Shown here piece by piece: positions 1 to 10,066 of a stretch of DNA of 39,214 nt. The stretch spans positions 1 to 39,214 of IMG/VR virus record IMGVR_UViG_3300010361_000023; one strand, 5' to 3'. Position numbers and translations under genes: made by a program. The DNA is from a virus (lineage: Duplodnaviria > Caudoviricetes). The notes beneath the pieces were generated by a model. The model searched no databases, was not told where the DNA came from, and saw nothing but the letters and a program-made list of their open reading frames with translations. Position 1 is the first letter of the stretch; the number at the start of each line of letters is the position of its first letter.

Positions 1-103
1 GGGGGGACCGCCCTCCCTCCCGCTGCCCCGCCCGCAAAACCGCCGCCCGGCCCGGCCCGCCCCCCGCCCCCCGCCGTGCGTGGTAGGGTGGGGGGGATGG
101 TGG
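1..103. repeat. 103-bp GC-rich inverted repeat, copy 1 (may be truncated by window start)
   Basis: Exact reverse complement of 32592..32694. Confidence 0.95.
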
Positions 104-273
104 AGATCAGTGATGGGCACGGGTGGGTGAAGGTTTGGGAGGACGTCGGTCGCAATCGTGAGATGGCCGTCTGTCGCGGCGATGGCTGCAATTGTGGTGT
201 GACGAGGTACCGGGAAGGCGTCAAGTGGACGATCGCTCCGGTCGCCCCTTGGGTTGACAAGGTCCACGTGGAC

Positions 274-302
274 TTGCATGCGAAGGCGGTCACGCGTAGG
301 TT
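274..302 (+). promoter_or_regulatory. Putative sigma70-type promoter heading the morphogenesis operon
   Basis: TTGCAT(274-279)-N17-TAGGTT(297-302), 9 nt before ATG 312. Confidence 0.5.
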
Positions 303-311
303 CTGAGTCGC

Positions 312-641
312 ATGGGCTTGCTCGGTGTCGGTGGCCGCATCATTGTCCGTGTCGTCCTGAACGACGGCCAGCGCATGTGGCGGTACCTTGATCACTTCGA
401 CGATCTGACGAATCACTCGAAGCTCTGCAGGCTGTTCAGCCTCGACGCGGTGTCGACGACGTTCGACCTGCCTTCGAGCGCACGTGGTGTCGGTTCAATG
501 CAGTCCGGCTTTGGCCGCAGCGACACGAACCGCACCATCGACGGCTACATCCTGCGCCATGGCGAGCCGATTGGTCGGCTCCACGTCGCGTACGAGTCTG
601 AGCGATTCAAGGACGTCGACCCGACGACCATGTGGAGATAG
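312..641 (+). CDS. Hypothetical protein
   Basis: 109 aa ORF after the promoter, first of a tightly packed + strand series. Confidence 0.7.
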   Translation: MGLLGVGGRIIVRVVLNDGQRMWRYLDHFDDLTNHSKLCRLFSLDAVSTTFDLPSSARGVGSMQSGFGRSDTNRTIDGYILRHGEPIGRLHVAYESERFKDVDPTTMWR

Positions 642-644
642 GTC

Positions 645-1304
645 ATGCCCGGATATTCGATCGGTACCGATCTCGCGGCTGTCCGCGCGATCATCGCGTC
701 GGCGCTCCCGGCGTATACGGTGACGCAGCCGACGACGCCCTACAACGGCGTGCCATTCGTCACCGGGAACACGACCTACGTCTTGACGGCGAACGCGAAT
801 GGCGCTCTCGCCGCGCAGGACGGCGTCACGTTGGCGGTCGGCGACACGGTGCTTCTGGCCGCTGGTGCCGCGCTCGTGGACAACGGCCTCTACACCGTGA
901 CTTCGATCGGCTCCGCAAGCACGCCCTACGTCCTGACGTCGCGCTTCCAGAACTACGCGACCGGCATCGTCTACTCCGGTCAAGAAGTGAAGGCCGACAC
1001 GGCGGGCACGACCTGGGGCGGATCGACGTGGAAGCTCATGACCTCGGGCGCGATCACGGTCGGCGTCTCGAATCAGCAGTGGTATCCGAAAGTGCAGCGC
1101 GGCACGGGTGCGACGGGTGGCGGCACGACGGTCGCGCTCACGACCTTGTGGGCGTTTGCCGCGACTTCGACGATGACCGCGAACGACGTCACGGGCGCGA
1201 ACGCGGTTCAGTGCGGAGCGATCGTCGCGGGCGCCGGTACGGGCACGTGCACGCTGACGGGAACGACCGCGCACACGCTGTCGTGGATGCTGACGAACTC
1301 GTAA
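645..1304 (+). CDS. Virion structural protein with fibre-associated beta domain
   Basis: Thr/Gly/Ala-rich; DGVTLAVGDTVLL...NGLYTV motif typical of phage fibre/whisker proteins. Confidence 0.65.
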   Translation: MPGYSIGTDLAAVRAIIASALPAYTVTQPTTPYNGVPFVTGNTTYVLTANANGALAAQDGVTLAVGDTVLLAAGAALVDNGLYTVTSIGSASTPYVLTSRFQNYATGIVYSGQEVKADTAGTTWGGSTWKLMTSGAITVGVSNQQWYPKVQRGTGATGGGTTVALTTLWAFAATSTMTANDVTGANAVQCGAIVAGAGTGTCTLTGTTAHTLSWMLTNS

Positions 1305-1313
1305 GGAAGATTC

Positions 1314-1904
1314 ATGAACGCCAACAATCCCTTCGCGTCCTCGCCCTTCGGCGGCTCGCCCATGTCCGGTTTCACATCGACGCCAGGCGGCGCTTCGAGC
1401 CCTGTCAACGCTCGCGGTGTCCAAGCGCAGCAAGAGGCCCGCAAGCGTGCCGGCTTCATCGCGGGCCGCATCGGCGCCAAGTTCGATGCACGCGGCGTTC
1501 TCCGGAAGGACCTCGTCGCCGCCGACCCGGACGCGCCGTATCTCGGCCTGACGATGACGATCGAGGACCGGTCTCGCTTCCTTCGTGACGGCGCCGGCAA
1601 GTCGGTCTCGATGCACCTCGTATGCATGCATGCGAACTGCGCCGGCAAAAGGTGGGACTCGTTTGACGCGATGATCTCAGACCATCCGAGCGTCGAACAG
1701 ATGGTCGCGCACAATGAGGCTCACGTCTGGTGTTTCCTCTCCGAGGAGCTCCGCGGCCGCAAGGCTCGCGAGAAGTTCGAGAAGGCCGACGACAAGGCGA
1801 AGCTCGTGATGTTGACGCAGGCGATGCAGGACGGCCCTGTCGGCAACATCGCGACCGGCTCCGGGATGATCGGCCTTCTGAGCGACGAGCAGTGGGCCGG
1901 ATGA
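1314..1904 (+). CDS. Hypothetical protein with Cys/His cluster, in small-terminase position
   Basis: SD-like AAGGAAG upstream; CMHANC...DHP...HNEAH; lies just before terL. Confidence 0.7.
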   Translation: MNANNPFASSPFGGSPMSGFTSTPGGASSPVNARGVQAQQEARKRAGFIAGRIGAKFDARGVLRKDLVAADPDAPYLGLTMTIEDRSRFLRDGAGKSVSMHLVCMHANCAGKRWDSFDAMISDHPSVEQMVAHNEAHVWCFLSEELRGRKAREKFEKADDKAKLVMLTQAMQDGPVGNIATGSGMIGLLSDEQWAG

Positions 1905-1971
1905 TCACGGTCACCGCATCACGCTTTCACGGTGATCCGGTGGGTCGGATCATTCAGTTGGACGGCTTCGT

Positions 1972-3414
1972 GTGGCTGGCGTCCCGGTAGTCTCGAAGTC
2001 CGCCGCTTCGAAAGCGCGCAAGGACCTCGGCGGCGAAGCGATCCCGGGACTCGCCGACATTGACCGGCTCGGCGAGTTCATCGCCATCCTGAGCCGTGGT
2101 CAGCTGACGAACCCGACTCACTTCGCCGCGTTCTGCGACGTCTACGAGCGCGCCCACCGAGGTGGTCTTCGTGTCTGTCTCGTAGGTCCGCGCCAGCATG
2201 GCAAGACGACGTGTGGCGAGTACGCGTGCGCCTTCCACGCATGCAAGGATCCAAAGATCAAGCTCTTTTTCGCGACGTACTCGCAGGACTACACGGAGAA
2301 GCAGTCGCGTGTCATGCGCCGCATCCAACTTGACGCCGGGATCCGCTTCCAGGACGACCACCTTCGGCTCGACGGCTGGAGCTACGAAGCGGGCGGGTAT
2401 CAGGCTTGCTCGTCGATCGGCGGCGCCGCGAACGGTCTCGGGTCGAACATCGCAATCATCGACGACGCGTTCAAGAGTGAGCTCGACGCTGCAAGCCTTG
2501 CGACGCGTGACAAGGCGTACGACTTCGTGAAGACGACGGTGATCCCGATGCTCGCACCGGGTGCCTCGCTCATCGTAACCGCGTCTCGCATGCATGAGGA
2601 CGACTTGACGGGTCGTCTTGTGCGTCTCGATGGCTTCGACGAGGTGCGGATCCCTGCGATCAATGACGGCGCGGACCTAACGCGCGAGATCGGCGCCCCG
2701 CTCTGTCCATGGGGCCCGGATCCGAAGTACCCACGCACCCTCGAGTTTCTGACTGACCTCCGAGACGGCAAGGTCAACAAGGACGGCGTCCGTCAAGGCG
2801 CGCTCTCGGCTCGCACGTGGGCGACGCAGTACCAAGGCCTCCCTCCGCCGCCCGAAGACTCGATGTTTCGCGAACCGAAGATCGTCGATGGTCTCGTGCC
2901 CTTCAAAACCCAGTGTATCGGCGTCGACCTCTCCTTCTCGCGCGGCAAAGGCTCGGACTACGCGGTGCTCTTGCATGCGAGCATCACCGCGGCCGGCGTG
3001 GTGCAAGTCCACGACGTCTGGCGCGGCAGGATGATCCCGCAAGAGTACATGCCGACCCTGAAAGCGTGGAAGGCGCGCCATCCAGGTGTCTCGATGTACG
3101 CCTACTCATCTGGCCCCGAGAAGGGCGTCATCGTCATGGCTCACATGGAGGGGATCCCGATCTTCCCCGTCGACACGGGCGGCCGCTCGAAGGCCACGCG
3201 CGCGCAAAAGGCCGCGCATGCGTGGAATGAGGGTCGGATCGTCCTCCCACGTGGCGCGCCGTGGCTGGACACGTTCCGCCGCGAGGTGACGAACTTCGAT
3301 GGCTCGGGCACGGACAACGACGATCAGGTTGACGCGCTAACGAGCGCCTACGACATGCTCGCGGGAGTCAGCATGTCAACCTCTTTTTTCACGGGTGGCT
3401 CGAGAGTTGTGTGA
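1972..3414 (+). CDS. terL: Terminase large subunit
   Basis: Walker A GPRQHGKT, Walker B IIDD, nuclease motifs GVDLSFS and DDQVDA; precedes portal. Confidence 0.95.
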   Translation: MAGVPVVSKSAASKARKDLGGEAIPGLADIDRLGEFIAILSRGQLTNPTHFAAFCDVYERAHRGGLRVCLVGPRQHGKTTCGEYACAFHACKDPKIKLFFATYSQDYTEKQSRVMRRIQLDAGIRFQDDHLRLDGWSYEAGGYQACSSIGGAANGLGSNIAIIDDAFKSELDAASLATRDKAYDFVKTTVIPMLAPGASLIVTASRMHEDDLTGRLVRLDGFDEVRIPAINDGADLTREIGAPLCPWGPDPKYPRTLEFLTDLRDGKVNKDGVRQGALSARTWATQYQGLPPPPEDSMFREPKIVDGLVPFKTQCIGVDLSFSRGKGSDYAVLLHASITAAGVVQVHDVWRGRMIPQEYMPTLKAWKARHPGVSMYAYSSGPEKGVIVMAHMEGIPIFPVDTGGRSKATRAQKAAHAWNEGRIVLPRGAPWLDTFRREVTNFDGSGTDNDDQVDALTSAYDMLAGVSMSTSFFTGGSRVV

Positions 3415-3446
3415 CGGCAGGCGGGTTCTAGCGTACCCTGTCATCC

Positions 3447-4946
3447 GTGACCCAGGGCATCGGTGACTACAACGGCATCCTGCGTTCTCCCTATGCCACG
3501 GTGAGCCAACCGGTCACGGGTCCGCTGAACCTCCTGGATCAGTTTGGCCGCGTCATGCCGCCGACGAACGACCCGGCCTGGCAGCGTCCTTCGGAGCTTC
3601 TCACGGACCCGGATCGACTGAAGGCCGGCGCGAACGTCATCCCGCGCCAGATTCCGATCATTGAGACGCAAGAGATCTGGCAGGTCTCGGACGTCCGGAA
3701 CGCGGTCTTTCAGCTCTCGCAGGGTTTCTTCGATCAGGCGAGCCAGCTCGTCGAAGCGATCCTCGCCGACGATCGTGTGCAGGCTACACTCGGTTCGCGC
3801 ACTGATGGCTTGCTCGGCGCGCCCGTCGACCACGTCATCCCGACGAAGCTCAAAGACTCCGCGGCTGCGAAGGAAGTATGCGACGCGTGGTGCGACGCGT
3901 GGGACACGATCGCGAATGAGCCCGCGATGGCGACGCTCCTCGAATGGGATCACATGTTGAAGTTTTCCCCGGCTCAGCTGATCTGGAGCGAGCCGGACGA
4001 GAACGATATCATGATCCCGACGGTGACGCAGTTCCACCCGCGTTACGCGTACTGGCATCCGACCTTGTATCGGTACATCGCGATCACGATGGATGGCCAG
4101 ATTCCGATGACGCCGGGAGATGGCACGTGGGTCATTCACGCAAGCCGAGGCTACTACCGCGGTTGGATGCACGGCGCCGTCCGCGCCATTGCGACGCCAT
4201 GGCTTCTCCGTAACTTCGCTCGCCGCGACTGGGCCCGGTACTGCGAGCGCCACGGCATGCCGGCTTTGCTCGCGCTGACGCCCGCGGCAGCCGATCCGGC
4301 GCAAGTGGCGATATTCCGGGCCGCGCTTGCGAACCTTGGGCAAGAGTCCGTCGTCCAGCTCCCGCAAGGCGTCGACAAGCAGTTTTCGTACGATCTGAAG
4401 CTCCTCGAGGCGACCGACGCCAATTGGCAGGCTTTTCCGGGCTTCATGGATCGGATGGATATGTGCATTGTGCTCGCATTGCTCTACCAGAACCTCACGA
4501 CTGAGGTCACCGAAGGGAGCTTTGCGGCCGCACGCACGCACGCTGATGTTCGTCAGGCCGCACTCAAGGCTGACGCCCGTGCACTTGCCCGAACGATCTA
4601 CACCCAGATTGCGCGTCCGTTCGCTGCGATGAACTTCGGTGACGCGAACCTCGCTCCGAAGACGACCTGGCAGATCACGCCCTACGAAGACAACGAAGCG
4701 GCAGCTCGTACGTGGGCTTCGTTCACGAGCGGCGTGTACCAGCTGAAGCAGGCCGGGAAGGACCTCTCCGCGCTCAAGCCGGTTGCGAAGTCCTTCGGCC
4801 TCGATCTCTCAATGACGGACATCACTGACGCTCCAGTGCCGGTCGCGACTTCTGGCTCGTCGAGCGCGCCGAAGTCCGGAGACAACGCCGCTTCGAAGCC
4901 TCCCGTGCCGAAGGTGCGTGCGAGCCGAGCCAAGAGGGCCGCATGA
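3447..4946 (+). CDS. Portal protein (DUF935 / Mu gp29-like)
   Basis: DWARYCERHGMP and QNLTTE..GSFAAARTH motifs; position after terL. Confidence 0.9.
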   Translation: MTQGIGDYNGILRSPYATVSQPVTGPLNLLDQFGRVMPPTNDPAWQRPSELLTDPDRLKAGANVIPRQIPIIETQEIWQVSDVRNAVFQLSQGFFDQASQLVEAILADDRVQATLGSRTDGLLGAPVDHVIPTKLKDSAAAKEVCDAWCDAWDTIANEPAMATLLEWDHMLKFSPAQLIWSEPDENDIMIPTVTQFHPRYAYWHPTLYRYIAITMDGQIPMTPGDGTWVIHASRGYYRGWMHGAVRAIATPWLLRNFARRDWARYCERHGMPALLALTPAAADPAQVAIFRAALANLGQESVVQLPQGVDKQFSYDLKLLEATDANWQAFPGFMDRMDMCIVLALLYQNLTTEVTEGSFAAARTHADVRQAALKADARALARTIYTQIARPFAAMNFGDANLAPKTTWQITPYEDNEAAARTWASFTSGVYQLKQAGKDLSALKPVAKSFGLDLSMTDITDAPVPVATSGSSSAPKSGDNAASKPPVPKVRASRAKRAA

Positions 4947-6958
4947 AGCGCGCATCCGATCGTAGGTACGTCCGCCGGGGCGAGCTTCTCCTCATCGACG
5001 AGAACTTCGTCGAGCGAGACCGAGCGGATCGCGGCGCATTTTTCTGGCTATTCGCGCCGCCGTCTCCGGTGACCGAGTACTATGGGCCTGTCGCCGTTCT
5101 CCACATCCGCGGTCCACTCGAGCATCACAACGAGGGAGGCTCAGACTCGTACGACGCGATCCGGGACCGCGCTCGTGAGGCGATCGAATGCGAGGACGTC
5201 GAATCGGTCGTCATGCGGATCGACTCTCCCGGCGGTTCCGCCCACGGCCTGATGGGACTCGTTGCGGATCTCATCCAGCTGAAGAAGGCGAACAGGAAGC
5301 GTCTGATTGCGTACTGCGACGACTACGCGTGCAGCGCCGCGTACGCGATCTCGTGTGCGGCCGACGAAATCATCGTCACGCCGACGAGCATCACCGGCAG
5401 TATCGGCGTCATCTCGACCATGGTCGACGTGACGAAGCGGGACAAGAAGGAAGGGCTGACCTTCGTCACGATCGCCTCGGGCGCGCGCAAGTCCGACGGC
5501 CACATTCACGTCCCGATCACCGCAGACGCCATTGCCGCTGAGCGCCCGCGCATCGAGAAACTGGCCTCGGACTTCTTCGCGCTCGTCTCGTCATCTCGCG
5601 GGCTCCCTGTCAAGAAGATTCGGTCTTACGAGGCCGGGATCTTCCTGGGAGACGCTGCGATCCGGGCCGGGATCGCCGACGACTGCATGGCGTGGGACGA
5701 GCTCCTACTCGCTCTCGGCGCGGAGCAACTTGCGCCAGAGTCTGATTCGGTGCAGTCTGAAGGCACCCATGGGTCATACAGCACCCAGTCCCCATCGACA
5801 CCTCGAAGGGCGTCAAACATGAGCAAGCTCAAGATCGAAGCGCGAATTGCGAAGCTTCGACAGAAGATCGCGGCCGAAAAGGACCCGGTCAAGTTGCACA
5901 CCCTGAGCTCGCAGCTCGGGTCGTTGACTGCGGCGCTTCAGGCCGCTCCCGCTCCGCGTCGTCTCGGTGGCTCGCCCATGGAGGATGACGAGGATGAGGA
6001 GGAAGACGACGAGGAGGACGAAGACGACGAGGAGGACGAGGCTGCAGCTGCTCCCGTCAAGCGCAAGTCCGTTGCGAAGAAGGTCAAGGCCAAGGGCAAC
6101 GAGACCAACCGCGGCGACGATGACGACGACGATGACGACTCGGACGACACCGACGGCGATGATGACGACGATGACGACGATGACGACGACGACGAGGCCA
6201 TGGCGGCCGCCGTCAAGGTCGCCCGCAGCGCCGTCCTCGCCGCGAAGACGCCGAAGGCCCGCAGTCGCGCGATGAAGCGGTACGAGGCCGCGCTCTCGGG
6301 ATCGTCCAAGGTCCTCGAGGTCGCGCGCAAGGTCACGGGCCAGCGTTCAACGAGCGGGATCATTGGCGCGCTCGAGGGCTTCCACAAGTCGACGGCGCGA
6401 ATCGACAAGCTCGAAAAGAAGAGCCGCATGCAGGACGTCCGAGAGACGGTCCGGGCGGCTCGGTCGCAGGGCAAGATCTCGAAGGCCGAGGCCTCGAGCT
6501 ACATCGACGCGGCGAAGGCCGGAACGGTCGACCCGCGCTGGCTGAAAGGTCACCTCGCCGCGCTCCCGAAGCAGTTCCGCGCAGCTTCCGAGGGTCCTGC
6601 AATCGGGGACCCGAATGCGCTTGCGCAGATTGTCGGCGGACTTCCGCAGCCGCCTCTTGCAACGCATACAGGCGGGTTCGTTGCGACCCCTATGACGGGT
6701 GGCGTCAGTGCGCCGAATCCGTACGTGGGCGCGGGCACGATCACTGGTCAGGGCGCGCCGATGACGGCTGAGGATCAAGCGGCTCTCGCCGGTCTCGACC
6801 CGTCGACGCAGTCGTACATCTACAACTCAGTCGCCGCCGGCATCATGGCGCCTGACGGCAAGCGCCACACCGTCGCGACCTACGCCGCGCAGCTCCGGCA
6901 GCAGCTCGGCATGACCGGCGGGCGGTTGAACGGCGCCGCCAACGGGGTGATTCGATGA
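4943..6958 (+). CDS. S49 (SppA/ClpP-like) prohead protease fused to acidic scaffold region
   Basis: IDSPGG, CSAAYAI, TGSIGVI motifs; C-terminal half low-complexity, coiled and poly-Asp/Glu. Confidence 0.9.
   Translation: MKRASDRRYVRRGELLLIDENFVERDRADRGAFFWLFAPPSPVTEYYGPVAVLHIRGPLEHHNEGGSDSYDAIRDRAREAIECEDVESVVMRIDSPGGSAHGLMGLVADLIQLKKANRKRLIAYCDDYACSAAYAISCAADEIIVTPTSITGSIGVISTMVDVTKRDKKEGLTFVTIASGARKSDGHIHVPITADAIAAERPRIEKLASDFFALVSSSRGLPVKKIRSYEAGIFLGDAAIRAGIADDCMAWDELLLALGAEQLAPESDSVQSEGTHGSYSTQSPSTPRRASNMSKLKIEARIAKLRQKIAAEKDPVKLHTLSSQLGSLTAALQAAPAPRRLGGSPMEDDEDEEEDDEEDEDDEEDEAAAAPVKRKSVAKKVKAKGNETNRGDDDDDDDDSDDTDGDDDDDDDDDDDDEAMAAAVKVARSAVLAAKTPKARSRAMKRYEAALSGSSKVLEVARKVTGQRSTSGIIGALEGFHKSTARIDKLEKKSRMQDVRETVRAARSQGKISKAEASSYIDAAKAGTVDPRWLKGHLAALPKQFRAASEGPAIGDPNALAQIVGGLPQPPLATHTGGFVATPMTGGVSAPNPYVGAGTITGQGAPMTAEDQAALAGLDPSTQSYIYNSVAAGIMAPDGKRHTVATYAAQLRQQLGMTGGRLNGAANGVIR
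5980..6196 (+). repeat. GAC/GAT/GAG codon tracts encoding two poly-Asp/Glu runs
   Basis: EDDEDEEEDDEEDEDDEEDE and DDDDDDDDSDDTDGDDDDDDDDDDDDDE in the protease-scaffold ORF. Confidence 0.9.
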
Positions 6959-7797
6959 CCGCGCTCACGCAAGACAGGAAGACGGACCGCATCAATCCGG
7001 AGGACAGCGTCCTCCCGCTGCTCCTCACGCCAACGCCGATCGAGGCCAACACGACCTGCTTCGCGGGCGGCATGGCCGCGTACAACGCGAGCCGCAACGT
7101 CGTTCCGGCTGCCGCAACGGCGGGCCTGATCATCATGGGGCGGACCGAATCGACCGTGGTGAATAACCCCGGGACAGCCGGCTCGCAGCAGGTCTTGGTC
7201 CGGCCGGGCGCCTACTACTACAACAGCGGGACCGGCGTCGACGCGATCACGAACGCGAACATCGGCGCCCCCTGCTATGCCTCGGACGATCAGACGGTGA
7301 ACCTCACCGACGGCGGCGTGGGTCGCCCGCTCGCCGGCACGATTCTCGGCCTGAATCCGAATGGCAACGGCCAGGTCGGTGTTCAGCTTGGAATGGTCTG
7401 GCCCTACGCGGGCGGCTTCGTCCAGCACACGACGATCCTGCTCTCCCTGGCTCAGATCCAGGCGACGACCAGCGGCACACCGTTCAACGTCGGGCCGGTC
7501 CTGCCGGCGAACTACCGTCTCTTCGAGTCCGAGGTCGTGTGTACGCAGACTTTCACGGGCGGCGGTGTGACGGCGATCACCGTGTCGCTCGGGGTGTCCG
7601 GCGCGAACGGTTCGATTCTAGCGACCGGGTCGTCAATCATCACCTCGGGCCTCATCAACGCGGCCCCGGGCTCAAATCCGTTCCAGCAACGCGGCGGCGC
7701 GCAGCTGCAGGCGCTCATCACGAATACCGGCGGCACGAACGCAACCCTCACTGCAGGCACGCTGCAGATTGACCTCTTCGGGGCCATCATCCAATGA
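6955..7797 (+). CDS. Head decoration/cement-like protein with C-terminal extension
   Basis: MTALTQDRKT start and GAPCYASDDQTV..TDGG motif; between protease and capsid genes. Confidence 0.7.
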   Translation: MTALTQDRKTDRINPEDSVLPLLLTPTPIEANTTCFAGGMAAYNASRNVVPAAATAGLIIMGRTESTVVNNPGTAGSQQVLVRPGAYYYNSGTGVDAITNANIGAPCYASDDQTVNLTDGGVGRPLAGTILGLNPNGNGQVGVQLGMVWPYAGGFVQHTTILLSLAQIQATTSGTPFNVGPVLPANYRLFESEVVCTQTFTGGGVTAITVSLGVSGANGSILATGSSIITSGLINAAPGSNPFQQRGGAQLQALITNTGGTNATLTAGTLQIDLFGAIIQ

Positions 7798-8846
7798 TCA
7801 TCAACCCGGTCAATCAGCCGACGAGCCTGTCGCTCACGGTTCTGTTCCTCGATTTCCAGAACCGCTTCTGGCAGAACTACTCCGCCGCCCCGGTCTGGTA
7901 CAACCGCCTCGCTTCGACGATCCCCGTCGGCACCAATCAGGTGCTCTTCCCGTGGATCGGCATGCTGGACAAATACCGGAAGTGGGACGGCCCTCGGATC
8001 GTTCACCAGCCGGCACCGCAGACGTATCTCGTCCAGATCCAGCCGTTCGAGCTCACCGAGTCGATCGACCTCTTCCGACTGAACGACGATCTCAACGGCG
8101 TCTACTACCCCACGGTCCAGTTCATGGGCATCCAGGCCGCGAAGTGGCCGGACTACCAGATCCGCGACCTGCTCCAGGGTGTCGGTGCGTGGTCGTCGAC
8201 GAACTCGCTCGCGCAGACGGGTCCGGACGGCGTCAACTTCTGGGGCACCAATCACCCGATCGATTTCTACGACGCGAGCAAGGGCACGTATATCACCGAC
8301 TTCACCGGCGGCGGCCAGACGATCAACTCGATCCTCACGGGCGGCTCGCTCGCACCGAACGCGTTCGCGACGCTCTGGCAGGAGTTCGCGTCGCGCAAGT
8401 CGGAGTCGGGTGAAGCGCTGGGCGTCGTGCCGGACCTCATGATGGTCCCGGCGCAGCTCAACATCACTGCGATGACGCTCCTTCAGGCGAACATGTACGC
8501 GCCAAGCGTCCTCGGAAACCTCGGCGCGGGCAACTTCCCGACGCCGGGTGCGCCCGCGGGCCCGAACGCGCCGATGGTCGGCGCGATGCAGAACATGTTG
8601 AAGGGCTGGGTCGATCTTCTCATGACCCCGGACCTCTTCGCGAACCCGAATGTCTGGTATCTGTTCTGCACGACCAAGCCGCTCAAGCCGATCATCTGGT
8701 GCCTGAACTCGGCGCCAAACTTCGTCTACCGGATCCGGCCTGACGACCCCGTCGTCTTCGACACGCACACGGTCAACTACGGATCGTGGGCGAGAGGCGC
8801 GCCCGCCTGGTCTCTGCCGTGGCTGAGCGCGCGGAGCGGGCCGTGA
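7794..8846 (+). CDS. Major capsid protein (Mu gpT-like)
   Basis: FPWIG...RKWDGPR, FELT..IDLFRLNDD, DGVNFW..NHP, LGVVPDLMMVP, WYLFCT.KPLKP motifs. Confidence 0.92.
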   Translation: MIINPVNQPTSLSLTVLFLDFQNRFWQNYSAAPVWYNRLASTIPVGTNQVLFPWIGMLDKYRKWDGPRIVHQPAPQTYLVQIQPFELTESIDLFRLNDDLNGVYYPTVQFMGIQAAKWPDYQIRDLLQGVGAWSSTNSLAQTGPDGVNFWGTNHPIDFYDASKGTYITDFTGGGQTINSILTGGSLAPNAFATLWQEFASRKSESGEALGVVPDLMMVPAQLNITAMTLLQANMYAPSVLGNLGAGNFPTPGAPAGPNAPMVGAMQNMLKGWVDLLMTPDLFANPNVWYLFCTTKPLKPIIWCLNSAPNFVYRIRPDDPVVFDTHTVNYGSWARGAPAWSLPWLSARSGP

Positions 8847-8847
8847 C

Positions 8848-9285
8848 ATGGGCTACGCGTCGGCCACCACCGATGCGGTGACGTACGGGCTCGTTGGAAG
8901 CGCGTACGGTCTGAACATCACGCAGGCGCAGATCCAGGCGAATCTGGACGCGGCGAGTGCGTGGGCCGACACGTGCCTTCGGGGCCGGTACAAGCTGCCG
9001 CTTCTCCAGCCGTATGATCCGGCGCTCGTTCGTGCGGTCGTCCACATCGCTCGCTACGAGATCCTGGCCCTCCGCGGTTTCGACGAGGAGAACGCGGCCG
9101 ACAAGAACGTGGTCGACTCGAACACTCGAGCGATCGAGTTCCTGAACTCGATTCAGCGTCAGGAAAAGCACCTTGCTGCGGTCGAATCGGGAAGCACGTC
9201 GCCCGGCATCGTGAATCCTACCGTCACGAGCTCGTCGACGATCTGCTTCAACACGACGCGCACCGCTCCGAATCGGGGACTTTGA
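8848..9285 (+). CDS. Head-tail connector (DUF1320 / Mu gp36-like)
   Basis: AS..AD..L.GRYKLPL...L....HIARY motif; follows capsid gene. Confidence 0.85.
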   Translation: MGYASATTDAVTYGLVGSAYGLNITQAQIQANLDAASAWADTCLRGRYKLPLLQPYDPALVRAVVHIARYEILALRGFDEENAADKNVVDSNTRAIEFLNSIQRQEKHLAAVESGSTSPGIVNPTVTSSSTICFNTTRTAPNRGL

Positions 9286-9626
9286 TGCCGAGTCCCGCAT
9301 ACATCGGTCGAGTGCGATGGCAGGCCGGCAGCGCCCCTGCCACCGTCACGATCACGGCTGGAGCGGTCCTGCTCCGAATTCGTGCGCGCGCGACGACGGC
9401 CAACGGAACCGTGACCATCTTCGGCGGGAAGGACGCGGACAGCGGAAACGCAACGCTCACGATCCTTTCCACCGACACTTCATTCACCCAGCTGGACTTC
9501 GATCATCTCGGCTTCGTCGCCGGGAACGATGCGACGACAGCAGGCAGCGCCGACATTATCTTCGGGACGAACATCACCTCGTGGTACGTCGAGTACGCGG
9601 TTCCGACCGCGGGACCGGGCCACTGA
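9282..9626 (+). CDS. Hypothetical virion protein
   Basis: Coupled overlaps at both ends; beta-rich composition. Confidence 0.7.
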   Translation: MMPSPAYIGRVRWQAGSAPATVTITAGAVLLRIRARATTANGTVTIFGGKDADSGNATLTILSTDTSFTQLDFDHLGFVAGNDATTAGSADIIFGTNITSWYVEYAVPTAGPGH

Positions 9627-10066
9627 TGAGCGCCTGGACGGGTGACATCCGCGATCTGGGGCGTCTTGCCGAGAACCTCCGTGCGCTCTCGGAGGTTCCG
9701 AGCCAAGCCTCACGCGAGGCCGCGAAGGGCATCCAGCGCGCGATCCGGACTCAGTTCACATCGGGCACGGACCCCTACGGCGAGCCCTGGGAGCCGCTCA
9801 AGCAGTCGACGCTCGACAAGGGCCGGACGCCGCCCCCGATGACGGACACGGGCCGCATGAAGCGCGGCATGCGCGTGCGACCGTCAAAGGGCGCCGGCAT
9901 CGAGGTCACCTCCGAAGCGGAGTACCTCGGCTTCCACCAGGGCCAAGGCTCGCCGCGAGCCAACGTCCCGCCGCGTCACGTGCTCCCCGAGGGCGAACTC
10001 CCGGACTCGTGGCAGAAGGCGATCGAGGATGCCCTCGACGCCGCCTTCGAACGGACGTTGCAATGA
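9626..10066 (+). CDS. Virion morphogenesis / tail completion protein (Mu gpG, P2 gpS-like)
   Basis: DPYGEPWEPLK.ST...MTDTGRM, YLGFHQ.G, PPRHVLP; TGATG-coupled ATG at 9626. Confidence 0.85.
   Translation: MSAWTGDIRDLGRLAENLRALSEVPSQASREAAKGIQRAIRTQFTSGTDPYGEPWEPLKQSTLDKGRTPPPMTDTGRMKRGMRVRPSKGAGIEVTSEAEYLGFHQGQGSPRANVPPRHVLPEGELPDSWQKAIEDALDAAFERTLQ

Noticed and set aside
76-306. ORF 76..306
   Set aside because: Starts within the inverted repeat, has no SD and overlaps the likely promoter.
3447-9285. Transposable Mu-like phage
   Set aside because: Head genes are Mu-like, but no DDE transposase or MuB is visible; a helicase and iterons are present instead.
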